From: Camelus dromedarius
Taxonomy: Eukaryota
Direction of reading: 5' to 3'
Assembly: GCF_036321535.1 (NCBI RefSeq)
Contig: NC_087437.1
Location: 50,036,001 to 50,100,000, forward strand
Length of the DNA stretch: 64,000 nt
Under the pieces are notes generated by a model that was not told where the DNA came from, made no database searches, and worked only from the letters and a program-made list of their open reading frames with translations. Made by a program: the position numbers and the translations under genes. This document shows positions 25,000 to 37,600 of this stretch, in pieces (within the stretch, counting starts at the first letter, position 1; the number at the start of each line of letters is the position of its first letter).

Positions 25000-27035
25000 C
25001 AGTACCTTAAATAAGTGTGGTCTGGGGGAATCCCAGAAGGTTCTGAAACCCTCTTAGAGGGTTCACAAAATCAAAACGATTTTCAATTTTCACACAAATA
25101 TTATTTTCATAATGGTACTAAATAGATGATTTGCCTTTTTACTCTCATTCTTTCATGAGTGTACAGCGGAGTTGTCCAGAGGTTACATGGCATGTGATAC
25201 CACAATGCAGAAGTAGATATGAGAATACAGCTATCTTCTGTGAAGCCAGACATTAAAGATTTTTGTAAAAATGTAGAACAAGGCAGCTCTTCTCACTAAA
25301 TGTTTTTGTTTTAGAAAAATATAGTAATTTTTTCATAAAAATATGTTAGCATGCAATGGGCTTATTATTGTTATTTTAAATTAATACACAAATATTTTAC
25401 AAATTTCTTAGTTTAAATTTATAATGCAGTATATATAAATATATAGTACCTGCATAAATAAAAGTTCTTTAGATGTCTTAATTTTTAAGAGTGTATAAGG
25501 GGGTTCTGGGACTCTTCAGACAATACTACAGAGCTACAATAATGAACAGAAGAGAGAGCCCAGAAATAAAGCCACACCCTTATGATCAATTAATCTTCAA
25601 CAAAGGAGGCAAGAACATACAATGAAGAAAAGACAGTCTCTTCAGCAAATGGTGTTGGGAAAGCTGGATAGCCACGTGTAAATTAATGAAGTTAGAACAC
25701 TCCCTCACACCATACACAAAAATAAACTCAAAATGGCTTGAAGAGTTAAACATAAGACAAGACACTATAAACCCCCTAGAAGAAACCATAGGCAAAACAA
25801 TCTCTGACATAAATCTTAGCAATGTTCTCCTAGGGCAGTCTACCCAGGTAATAGAAATAAAAGCAAAAATAAACAAATGGGACCTAATTAAACTTATAAG
25901 CTTTTGCACAGCAAAGGGAATCATAAACAAAACAAGCAGATAACCTACAGAATGAGAGAAAATATTTGCAAAATGATGCAACTGACAAGGGCTTAATTTC
26001 CAGAATATATAAACAGCCCATACCCCTTACTCACAAAAAAGCAAACAATCCAATCCAAAAATGGGCAGAAGACCTAAACAAACAATTCTCCAATGAAGAC
26101 ATACAAACAGCCAATAGGCACATGAAAAAATGCTCAATATCACTATCAGGCAAATGCAAGTCAAAATTACAATGAGGTATCACCTCACACCAGTAAGAAT
26201 GGCCATCATTCAGAAGTCCACAAATGATAAATGCTGGAGAGGGTGTGGAGAAAAGGGAACCCTCTTACACTATTGGTAGGAATGTAGTTTGGTGGAGCCA
26301 TATGGAAAACAGAATGGAGATTCCTCTAAAAACTAAAAACAAACTTACCATATGATCTGGCAATCCCACTCCTGGGCATATATTCAGAGGGAACTCTAAT
26401 TTGAAAAGATACATGTACCCCAATGTTCATAGCATCACTATATACAATAGTCAAGACATGGAAACAATCTAAATGTCCACTGACAGATGACTGGATAAAG
26501 AAGGTGTAATATATTTATACAATGGAATAGTACTCAGCCATAAAAAAATAATAAAATAATGCCATTTGCAACAACATGGGTAGACCCATAGATCGTCATT
26601 TTAAGTGAAGTAAGCTAGAAGAAGAAAGTAAAATACAACACGATATCACATATATGTGGAATGTAAAAAAAAAAAAAAGACACAAATAAACTTGTTTACA
26701 AAACAGAAACAGACTCACAGACATAGAAAACAAACTTATGTTTACCAGGGGGGAAAAGGGGGTAGGAAGGGATAAATTGGGAGTTTGAGATTTGCAGACA
26801 CTAACTACAATACAGATAAACAAGAAGTTTATACTGTATAGCACAGGGAGCCATATTCAATACCTTGTAGTAAATTATGATGAAAAAGAATATGAAAAGG
26901 AATATATGTATGTATATGTATGTCTGAAATATTATGCTGTACAGCAGAAATGACAGAACATTGTAAACTGACTATACTTCTATTTAAGAAATGGAAAAAA
27001 AAAGGTCCTGGGACCAAATCATTTCAGAATTGCTG
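25000..27035 (+). mobile_element. hAT-Charlie DNA transposon (Charlie4a/MER80-like): body 25000-25512, terminus 27004-27035, split by an L1
   Basis: aagtgtggtc...gagtgtacagcggagttgtccagaggttacatg...tgagaatacagctatcttctgtgaagccagacattaaaga, ending ggtcctgggaccaaatcatttcagaattgctg. Confidence 0.8.
25511..27003 (+). mobile_element. 5'-truncated camelid-type L1 (ORF2 3' part with stops/frameshifts, plus 3'UTR)
   Basis: ORF2 peptide KLEHSLTPYTKINSKW...KAKINKWDLIKL.SFCTAK; 3'UTR near-identical to the 17.2-18.1 kb copy; TSD ggttctgggac / ggtcctgggac. Confidence 0.95.
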
Positions 27036-27089
27036 CCTTAAATCACATGGGTAATCATTAGGATAATTACTTTTTTCTCCATAATGGTT

Positions 27090-27720
27090 TTTAATCTATA
27101 CTTTTTTTAATTTACAAAGGGGTGGGAACATTTGGAGTACAAAAATAACTAAAGAGAAAGATTAAATATCCTATAATTAAACCATTCAGTGGTAGCCATT
27201 AATATTTTGGCATATATCCCTCTGGTGGTTAGTCCATTCATATATTATGCACGTAGACTAAAACTAGGATGATGTGATACATGGTATTTTGAAACATTTT
27301 TCTTTTAATTAAAATATATCATAACATCTATCCATATTATTAACTATTTTACAGTAACCTTTATAAGGACTAGATTATCATTTATTTATTTTTAGACATT
27401 TATGTTGCTTACATTCTTTCATGTTATAAACACCATTATTGTGAAACCTTTTAATACATACTTGATTATTTCTTATAGTAAATCCTAGAAGTAGATTGTT
27501 GTGTCAAGCATATTCATATTCATATTGTGCTGCCAAACTGCTCTTCAGAAATATTGTGTCAGCACATGTTAGCAGTTTACATTTGACTCTCTTGTTGTTA
27601 GCCATTATTTCATATCTTGCCAATCTGATAGCTTGAAAGCAGTTATTTTATTGTTGTGATTTATACTCCTTTGGTTACTAGTATGTTTGACTATTTTTTC
27701 GTATGTATTTTGGCTTTTTA
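27090..27720 (-). mobile_element. Old L1 (L1ME-like) fragment
   Basis: ttagacatttatgttgcttacattct...aaatcctagaagtagattgttgtgtcaa...tgccaatctgatag antisense L1 motifs. Confidence 0.6.
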
Positions 27721-30134
27721 CACTGGCTTATAAATTCAGTTCCACAAGAAAGGATAAGATACATAGGATAGGTAGGGGAGGGAAGGGAGGACTGGGTAGG
27801 GCAGGATAGGGTGGGAAGAGTAGAGCAGGCTGGGCAGAGCCATTGGAGACCCTGGAAAACAATGGTATCCACACAGTGCTAGATGGATGTGGTCTGAAGC
27901 AACAGAACCATCAGTCAGTGAGCTATTCTTAAGTTGGGTTGGAATGTGTCATAATTCCAGGATGCATGCCCTCTTCATCCCTTTCTCCTAGACCCCTTCC
28001 ATGTATTATCTGGGGTAAGGTAAGGAGATGGCACCCTTGAGGAAGATGGTGAAAAGCACTGAACAGAGTAACAAGCCCCCAGCCAGGAGCTCAGGCCAGT
28101 GAACACCTCCAATAGGAAGACAAACGCATGCTAACTATATATCTCAGTGCATACAGTAGGGGCAAAAGAATTCTGTGGAGCCAGGCTCCTATCTCACATA
28201 TCAACAAGAGCAAACTCCTAAATCCTCCCTGTCCTCGTTAAGAAGGGCTAAGGAAGTAGGTTAGACCAAGGCTGTAGCTGAGAGGAGCTGGGGAAGGGAT
28301 AGGCCAACTGAATATTAGTTGCTTCTAATGGCTTTTAATGCCACTAATCTCATTCTGACCCTGAAACTCCAGGCACACAGTGGGGCCTGCAAATATTTGC
28401 TGAAGGGAAAAATGAGTAAATAAATGAATACATGAAATTTGCAAAACCCATGAAACCAAGTAGCAAATGATCAGTATTCTTGAGAATTTTTAATTCTTCA
28501 AAATAAAGATTTTTTAACTAAAAATAATAGGAAAAAAATAAAATTTTTACCTCCATTTGTGTCAATGGTCACTGTATCTATTTAAAGTTTCCTACCGGGA
28601 ATCCTACTAAATATTTAAGCCCCTCTGATCTACCTTGCCAGTTCTTACTTAGGGAGAATTAAGCAGTGGATTACAAGAATGGTTACCTCGGAAGCTTTGA
28701 AGTCTACTGTTTTAGGCTGTATGATCACAGGAATGTCTCATTCACTTCCCTTTCTCCTTTCTTTTCTAATCTTTTGTAAAGAAAAGTAGCTATAAACACA
28801 CCCACCTATGCTGCTATAATGATATTCTTAGTTAACACTGTAGTTAGGGTTACATACAGACTTTCACTGTAATCCCCCATCTTCACTAGTTCCCAAGATT
28901 TTGAACACATCCCTTCAGCCTAAATCTTTCCAGACTTTGTTCCTTATTCAGATGAACTTTAAACTCAGTCTGTTCAGCTACTTCTGAGAAGAGAGAAAGC
29001 AAGAGGTGCAATGTTTTGCCCATGGGTGTTAGAAAGGCTAACTTACAAAAGTTTACATATTCATCATGGCTACTTGTTACTTGGGAAAGACGTCATCATC
29101 CAGAGAATTATGAAGAAATCAAAAGGCCAGGAGCGAATAATCAGGTAATGTCTAAAAGCCAATGTGGCTCTTTTCACTGAATCTATTTAGATACCTTCAC
29201 AATTTCAAAATGTCTCAAAAACAGCCTATTGACAGGTGGGTATTCCACACGCTGGAATATTCTACTCAAAGGATGAATACTGTGAAATACAAGCTTTTTT
29301 ATGCACTGAGGGTAGCTTTTGTGGATGGATAATATTATCCAGTGATTTACTTCAGTTTAAAATTTTTTTAATTCACTATGGTTAAAAAAGCAAAACTTCC
29401 TTAAGCTTTTAAATTTACTACACAGAACTTATAAGCCTAACACAGTTCAGCAAATATTTTTTTAAAAATCTTTAGATTAATATTTGGTCCCATTTACAGA
29501 GTTAATTAAATACCTTGAAATATTTTTAACTGTATTTATAAATTCAGTATATTAAATTCTCCTTTTAAGTATAATTTTTGACTCAATAAACCCTTCCCAA
29601 GTATTTAAGTAAACTATGTAAATGTCATAAATTAAATTTTTAACTGAAAAATCTTGTCTAAACCAACTATTCAATTCTACCTTTAAAACTTGAATCATAA
29701 GCCTGGCATTTACTCTAAGAAGCTAAATTTTCTTAAACAAAATTACAAATGCTTAAAATACCAAACATGCCAAAGTCTGATCACAAGCAACTCACATCCA
29801 CTTTTTTTTTGTCTGTTGATAACAGGTTTATTTGTAATAGCCAAAAGCTGGAAAGAATAGCAATACACATTTCTGGTCTTATCATAGGGCTATATGTTAA
29901 CCTTCCTTCTCTCTGCTAAAATACAGTCCAGAAAAACATTGATCATCTTGATATTCCATACAACATCACTTTCTTAATGAGGTCACACTAATTGGGCTGG
30001 TAAGCTGGTAGTGGCAAGTACTCTGGATGTCCTGATTTGACACATGCATATCACAGGGTGGAAGAGAAACCATGTAAAGATTCGGGGGACTGGTGCATCC
30101 ATAGAGTTTACTTATGATAAATAAAAAATGTTTT

Positions 30135-30255
30135 TCCAACATTTTATTACAAAAATTTTCCAACATATAGAAAATTTGAAATAATTTTAGAGCAAACCCC
30201 TGAATATCCAACACCTGGATTCCATAATTAGCATCTTTCTATACTTGATTTATCC
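30135..30255 (-). mobile_element. L1MC-type 3' end fragment
   Basis: attttattacaaaaattttccaacatatagaaaatttgaaataattttagagcaaacccctgaatatccaacacctggattc. Confidence 0.65.
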
Positions 30256-30284
30256 TATTTAATAAAGTACTTAGGAAAGGAGTT

Positions 30285-32857
30285 CAATAGTCTGGAGCAT
30301 GTCAGGATATTCTCTTTAATAAAAAAAAAGACAATTGTTGCATCTTGCTTCCCCTGCCACTAAGGAAAAAATAGTGTTTAGTGACCTATTTTGAATTTTG
30401 GTGGTAGCATATAATGCTCTTAGGAATACCACTCTGACTTAGTTGTTGGACAGCTTGAAAGGCTGACATTTCTAATGGAGTTTAGAGTAGAAAGAAGGCT
30501 CAGCAGCATGTCCAGTCTTCACTGCAAGCTGCCTTACTCTCCAGACTATATAATCCAATAGATTCAATGGCACTAGGAGTATCCATGGTGAATACATGGA
30601 TCCATGGTGAACACAAGTGTGGGATCTCTGAAAAATGACAATTCAAAAGCTACAGTAGAGACACTCTTCAGATTTCAGAGCAAGACTCTGTCTTCCAAGG
30701 CAGAAGCTACCTGCTTTTGAAAAGCAGTCCCTGGCTATTACTAAGCCCTAGTGGAGACCAAATGCCTGACCAACTGCCTATGTGAGTGCTGCCACCCATC
30801 ATGGGCTGGTATTTTCAGATCTACCAAATTATAAGGTCAGATAAGAGCAGCAGCAATCCATTATACTATGGAAATAGTACAAAATCAGGACCAAGCAAAG
30901 CCAGAGGATACAAAAAGCTACATGAGCAGGATTTCTGACTTTCACACCACTTACTTCTGCTGTACCAATGCCTAACCCTGAATTCACACCTAACATGTTG
31001 TTGAAGGGATAGGAATTATTCTTAAAGCCAGCTGAAGGAGGAGGAAAAATCTTGGTCCTAGGTCACAGCTGGGTCAGCACAATACATTAATACAAATTAA
31101 AAATGGGCTGTTGCTGCACTATAGTCCTACTTGGGGATGGTTCTAAATGTCAGTTGTGAAGAACAATTCTTCCAATAGATAGAGCTGGGAGCAGACCATT
31201 TGATTTTTTACTTTAAATGCAGGAAGAAGTAACTTGAGAAGAACATGAATAGACTCCTGATCATTAGCAACTGGCATGGTTGGTTAGTCATGGCCTGAAA
31301 GGAGTAAGTTTGAAAGAACAAAGAGAAAAAAAGCCAGCTCTCAGGAAGAAGCATGTAATGGACCCACATTTGTGGCTACAAAGTAGGCACAAATATCCTA
31401 GAGCCCACTAGAAAGCATCCAAGTCAGGGGAGACACTCAACAACGAGGAGGACTCATTCTGTGGATGTGAGCCAGCTGCCCTCCTCTACCACCCTCATGC
31501 TTGCACAATGGGACCAAGAATGGAGTCACCATGGTGGCAGGAATAGAGGCTATGTGTGGGCTCAATGGTATGGGCTTCCACTCACCAAGGATGATCTAGC
31601 TGCTGCTACTGAACACCCAACCTGCCCCAGTGTTAACTACTCCATACAAAACCCATGATAAAGCAGTGAAGCCTGAGATTAGCCAGACACTTAGTGGCCG
31701 GATGGTGACATCAGACCCCTTCCATCTTGATGGAGGCAGTGATTCATCATCACTGTAATAAATCCTCACTCCCATATGGTTTTGATTTCCCTATCTGCCA
31801 TGTCTCTGCCAGCACCACCATTCAAGGGCATATAGAATGCTCAATTTACTGTCATGAGATTCTCACATAATATCACTTCAAATCAAAGAACCTATTTTAC
31901 AGGAAGGATACACAAAAATCAATGTTATGACTGAAGGATCTATTACTTCTACCACATAGTACGTCACCTGGAAGCAGCGAGAACTAGAACAATGGAATTG
32001 TTTACTAATGGCTCAACTAAGCTGTTAACAGAAGACAAAGACCTCTATGGATGTAGGACACTGCCCACCAAATCAAAGTAGATGAACTAAAAAGACAACT
32101 GTGCTGTTCGCCCAATAACTAGAATAAGCAGGTCTAGATACCAAAGGGTAGAAGTAAGATATGTCCCTCTCACCATCATTCACAGTGGTTTACTTACAGA
32201 ATGTGTGCTTCCTGTCCCCATGTCTTTAGGTTTTATAGGATTAGACCTCCTGGTACCTAGGGGAGTATTGCTTTCACTAAGAGAAACATTGAGAGTTTCA
32301 TTAAACTGGAAGATAATTACTGTTGCCTGTTAACTTTGGGTTCCTCATGCCAGTGACCTAGCAGACAAAAAAAGGAGTTGCTATGCTGGTAGGGGGAGGA
32401 GGGTAATTGAATGTGATTATCTTAAGGAATAGGGTTTCCTTTACACAATGAGGGTAGAGAGAAAATGTCTGGAATACAGGTGATTCACCAGGTGTCTCTG
32501 GGTACTTCCATGCAAGGTGATATTGGTAAATAGCCAACTATAGCAATCACAGCCCAACAAAGACAATGAAATCAAGGGCTCAGATTCCTCAAGGATGGAG
32601 ATACTGGCACACTACCAAGCAAGCAACCTAGAGGAACTGAAGTGCTGGGCAACGGTGAAGGAAATCTAGAATAGGTATTGAAGTAGTTAGATGATGAATA
32701 CCAATTACGACCTCAGGCCCAGTTGCAGCAGTGGGCATTATAACTTGTTACACTAATCCTTTGTACTAAAGTCCTTTGGGGAGCAATTGCAGCTGCTAGC
32801 ACTTTGAAGATTCAGTGAAAAATTGGTCTTAATATGCGGTGAAAGCAGGGGGTGGAC
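30285..32857 (+). mobile_element. ERVL-class endogenous retrovirus internal remnant (degenerate pol: RT/RNase H connection and integrase)
   Basis: ORF 31461-31658 (LAQWDQEWSHHGGRNRGYVWAQWYGLPLTKDDLAAATEHPTC) resembles the ERVL integrase HHCC region (AQWAHEQSGHGGRDGGYAWAQQHGLPLTKADLA); it ends in PPT-like gcagggggtggac followed by TG. Confidence 0.88.
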
Positions 32858-33158
32858 TGTATTCTCATGCCCTGTCTAAAGAGTCACGTTCTCTTGATCT
32901 TACTTCTGATTCCATTTGTAACGTTGGCAAAGGGGTGAAGAGTTCCCATACTGATCTCACCTTGCCTCAGCCATGTCTTTGGCTTGCCATGGTGTTTTTC
33001 TGATCCTAAAGGAGTGGAATACATATGGGCGTTTCACATGGAATACACTGGACATGGATGCTTGCATAGTCCAAGTGCAGCAGAGTTAATATCCCTGAAG
33101 CAACTCTCAATCAATGCATTTCTCAGGCTCTGCTTTCCTGGGTAACCCAGGCTAAGAA
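32858..33158 (+). mobile_element. 3' LTR of the ERVL element (LTR33/LTR16-like)
   Basis: Starts TG after the PPT; gagttaatatccctgaagcaactctcaatcaatg; ends ctcaggctctgctttcctgggtaacccaggctaaga. Confidence 0.75.
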
Positions 33159-33395
33159 AGAAATCAATGAGGGTCAACAACAGCTCTTGCAAATAAGACA
33201 TAAAATGCTGTAGAACAGCAATAAAAGCTTTCATTCTGCAAACACATCAGCTTTAAGGGCAACAGAAAATACCAGTTTGGCTCATTCCAGCCAATCCCTC
33301 CTTTTCTTAAGTCAAACATTACGGCAAACACACTCCTTTGCAAATTCTTCCACAGCAGAAATTAAAAATAAAGAGAAATTATTATAGAAAAGAAA

Positions 33396-33914
33396 GCATA
33401 TTTGTCTTCTATTGCTCCTGCAGATTACCACAAACTTTGTTTAAACCAGTGCAAGTGTGTAGTATCTTACAGTTCTGTAGTTTACAAGTTCAACACGGGT
33501 CTCACCAGGCAAAAATCAAGGTGTAAGCTGGGCTAAATTCCCTTCTCTAGGCTCTAAGGAAGAATCAGTTTCCTTGACTTTTCCATCTTCTAAAGACTTC
33601 CCACATTCTTTGACTCATACTCCCCCTCCTCCATCTTCAAAGCCAAAAATGGTATGTTGAGTCCTTTTTATAACACATCACTCTGACCTCCTCTTCACTC
33701 CGTCTTCTACTTTTAAAGACCCTGTGATTACACTGGGTCTACCCAGATAATGCAGGATAATCTTCCTAATGTAAAATCACGAGATTAACAGTCTTAATTC
33801 CATCTATAACCTTAATTCACCTTTGCTGTATAATGTAACATGTTCATAGGCTCCAGAGATTAGGACATGGACATTCTTGGGGGATAGGTGGAGAACTTTA
33901 CTCTGCCTACCACA
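33396..33914 (-). mobile_element. MLT1 (MLT1D-like) solo LTR
   Basis: ttaccacaaact...cttacagttctgtag...aaatcaaggtgt...cctccatcttcaaagcc...gattacactggg...ctctgcctaccaca. Confidence 0.9.
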
Positions 33915-34199
33915 ATATTAAAGAGAGAATTCATAGATTTGCTTTAACATCTAACTAATATTTGCTTCATTCAATTTAATTCAATTTCTTGATTATACTT
34001 ATATTGATTTGTATCAGGCTGGTGAGTCCATTTTCATCTTATCAGTGAACATAACGAGATATGAAAAGCAAAAAACAGACCAAAAAAATTAAGAGGGAGA
34101 TAGGGAAGGAAGGAAGGAAAGAAGAGGGAGACAACTTCAATTTTCTTTTCATTTATGCAAAGTATGCTTAGCTATTGGATCCTGAGGTCACTGTGTTGG

Positions 34200-34604
34200 T
34201 GTGTTAGTTAAATTTATGTGTCAACTTGACTGGGCTAAGAGATGGTCAGATAGCTGGTAAAACACGAGGGTGTTTCTGAAAAAGATTAGCATTTGACTCA
34301 GTAGATCAAGTAAATGTGATGGGTATCATCCAATCAGTTGGGGACCCAAATGAAACCAAATGAACAAGGAATGGTAAATTCTCTCTTCTTGAGCTAGGAC
34401 ATGGGAGCTCCTGGTTCTCAGGCATTTGGATGCCAACTGGGACCACACTGTAGGCTTTCCTGGGTCTCCAGCTTGCAGATGGCAGATTGCGGAACTTCTT
34501 GGCCTCCATAATAATATAAGCCAATTCTTATAAGAAATTTCCTCTTAAATATATCTCTATATATCCTAATGATTCTATTTCTCTGAAGAACCCTGACTAA
34601 TACA
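34200..34604 (+). mobile_element. MLT2 (ERVL) solo LTR
   Basis: tttatgtgtcaacttgactgggctaag...ctgggtctccagcttgcagatggcagat...gaaccctgactaataca. Confidence 0.9.
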
Positions 34605-36259
34605 ATTGGAGAAGCTTATCTGAGGAGAAAGCACCCATCCCGTTGAAAGTTAGTAATCTTGTTCAAACTCAAATTTCTGATGAGAGACTCTAGTCATCAC
34701 AGCTAGTAAACAATCTAGTCAAGTACAAACTTTCACTAGCACTATTTGTTAAAAATTATAATTTAAATTATTTGCACATTGTAAGATTTTCTAGGTAAAA
34801 TTTTCTCAAAACAACTCACATTTTTCTTGATCCTGATAATATGGATAACATAGAAGAGTCAGTGACAGACCATAACATCTTTTGAAAAAAAAAAAAACAA
34901 ATGGGCATTAACTGATAAAATTTATCATACAGCCATCTTCAGTAATTACCATTCATTGCTCTCATGTGAATTGTTCTGTTTTACAACCTCCCAAATCTGA
35001 TCCGTAAGATTAAATGTGATAAAATGTTTCAATTGACAACATGTAATATTTTATTTTACTATTGATCTCAATCCATGTGATTAAGGTTAATTCTGCAAGA
35101 TGTATTTCTTTTGAACCAGTAAATCCAACAAAAGTGATAAAGAAATGGAAGGGAGGCGACATCCTGAATATGCATCTGGCGCTTCAAAACAAATGGATTG
35201 TTAAAAAGTTACTTGAGATTAGTTGAGCATGAGTAGGTATTTATTGCTTTCTTCTTGGCCAGAAAATTGTTAGAGAAGTAAGACTAATGGTAGAAATATT
35301 TCCCTTGTAAAGCATAATCATTTGTAGAAGATTGGCTTTAACATATCCTGGTGCTTATGGATACTGTGTCTTTTTGGTTATGCCAAATACCAGTTTACTT
35401 CAGGAAGCCAGCACATGAACTGTGCTGTATTTAGCATAGGGTAAAGAGAGAACTAGAACCAGAAAAATGTTTCAGGAAGGAAAGTCAGCGCCTGTGTCTG
35501 TTAATGCCATTCCTTAACTAAAAAGATACTTTGAATTCCTTTTGAGACTAAATTTCCATTTCTGAAAGGATCTATTCCTAAAGAAGCCTTCTCTCTGCCT
35601 GACTCTCAAATTCTTTCCTTTTTTGATTGGCCTGGTCTCTATTGGCAAAAATATCTATTGATGTGCAAACAATATTAAGGCAAAGAACTGTGAGTCAGAT
35701 TTACATTTCATCATAGTTGTAAATGGGAATTGAGGGAGACTTCCTGTAAGAAAAGTATTTAAATCAAGTAATTTGTGTTTTTTTATGATTTGGGGTGGGA
35801 AAGGTCACCATTAGAACTATATGCATGGATTGTATAAGTGGTCTCAGAAGCCTATATTTACTATTCCATTCTTAAAGAATGTTCCATCCTTAAAGACATT
35901 ATTAAATAAATTTGAAAATCAAGCAGATCCACTTCTTATTTACTCAAGGGTTAATTTCTTGAAAAATGGAAGGTAATTAAATTACAATTAATTTTCTCAG
36001 AAGAAATGAAGGTAAAACAGGTAATGTATTCCAATACATTAAAAATAACCATCTTTACATTTTCCCATTTCTATTAGAATTATCAGATTAGGAAGTTGGC
36101 TGATTTCCATTTCCAAACATCTCCATATTAAAAAGTATTTGTACATTAAGATTGGTGCCATTTTGTGGTTTTGAGACTTTTCAATTCAGAATAGTATCAC
36201 CAAATTACAGCTAGTTAAAATGCTAAAAAATGAGCACTGCTCTCTAAGACTAACATTAA

Positions 36260-36450
36260 TAAATTACGTCTAGTGTCTGTTATATACTAGGTGGATACAC
36301 TAGTCAATCTACTTCATTTAACCCTTACCTTCCCCCTAAAACTCTAGGTATTATTATCCCACTTTATAGATGAGAAATATAAGACTTTGAGAACACAAGT
36401 AACTCTTCCAAGAATACACACCCAATAAATGGTGGAGTTGGCATTTGACA
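36260..36450 (-). mobile_element. MIR SINE
   Basis: ggtattattatcccactttatagatgagaaatataagact...aagtaact. Confidence 0.7.
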
Positions 36451-37404
36451 AGGATCAAATTCAACTCAAAATTCTTGGACTATTAGTTTAAATGGTGAAG
36501 AGATATTTTCATTTCAACAATTATCACAGAAGCTTTAATAAGAATGAGCTTTGTTTACCATGATATTAAAATGCCATTATTATAAGAAACTCAGTCACAC
36601 TGAATTTCTCTGCAAGCGTCTCTTACACATATTGAAACTATCGTCTCTTCTTAGAAGGTAGCCTGTTCCATCAATATTTTGCTTAAATGACAAAACACAA
36701 AAGAACTTTCAAACATTGTATCCAAAATTATACAACAGGAGGCAAGAAATACTTTGGCAGATGGATAGTATACACAATATTGGCAGATAACATTCAACTG
36801 TATCTTGTTGTAGTGAATCACACAGATACTAAACAGGATTATCAGCTGAAAGCAGACAACTCTTCTCTCAAATAATGGTAGACCATCAAATGACTGCATA
36901 AAATTCTGGAGTTATAAGTGAAATAAAACATGACTAGTACCCAGAAGCATTACATTTCAAAATTAAAATAATTTCAGCATGCATTTGTAGCAGGCATGGA
37001 CAGAATGTACAGCTTAACAGAACAAGCAAGCAGAACTCTTCCCATCCAGCAATTTTTTTTTTTTTTAAGATTTAGAAAGAAGGCAATTACTGATGGGCTT
37101 TTGACTCTCAGAGAATTGTGGCCCCGATACTGTGGCTGGCAGGTGTCCCCAAGGTAAGGGCATGTAGGTACAGCAGCCCCACCCCAAGACAGCCACACTG
37201 CACCTGTATTCTTCTCCTGATGGGTACAAATGGCATCTCTCCCACTCAGCTCTTAACAGGTAAGCTGTTAACTGGAGACCCAGTTAGGAGGGCAATGAGG
37301 CTTCCCACAGACTGAACTCTGGGCTGGAAATAATTGGAGATCCTGGAGTCAATGCTAAACTCCAGAGCCACCTGAAAGGGATGAGGGGAAATATTGGTGG
37401 GAAA

Positions 37405-37600
37405 GATGACCTAAGTTCAAATCCTATTCCTGCCCCTTATTTCAGCATCTTTAGAGAAACTTACCCAACCCCTGGGAGTATCTGTTTGCTAATCTGCAAA
37501 GTCGAGACTGAATAACAAAAATATAAACAGCATTATGGTGATTAGTTGATACAATGCCAAAAGCCTGGTAAATGCCTTGACATAGACGATTCTCAATAAC
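37405..37600 (+). mobile_element. MIR SINE (degenerate)
   Basis: gacctaagttcaaatcctattcctgcccctta...atctgtttgctaatctgcaaa...gccttgacatag. Confidence 0.55.

Noticed and set aside
25586..26175. ORFs of 69-131 aa on both strands
   Set aside because: Sense and antisense readings of the decayed L1 ORF2, not genes.
29196..29280. Minus-strand exon-like segment reading IHPLSRIFQRVEYPPVNRLFLRHFEIVK
   Set aside because: Weak donor (AAG|GTATCT), length not a multiple of 3, and an unrecognised peptide.
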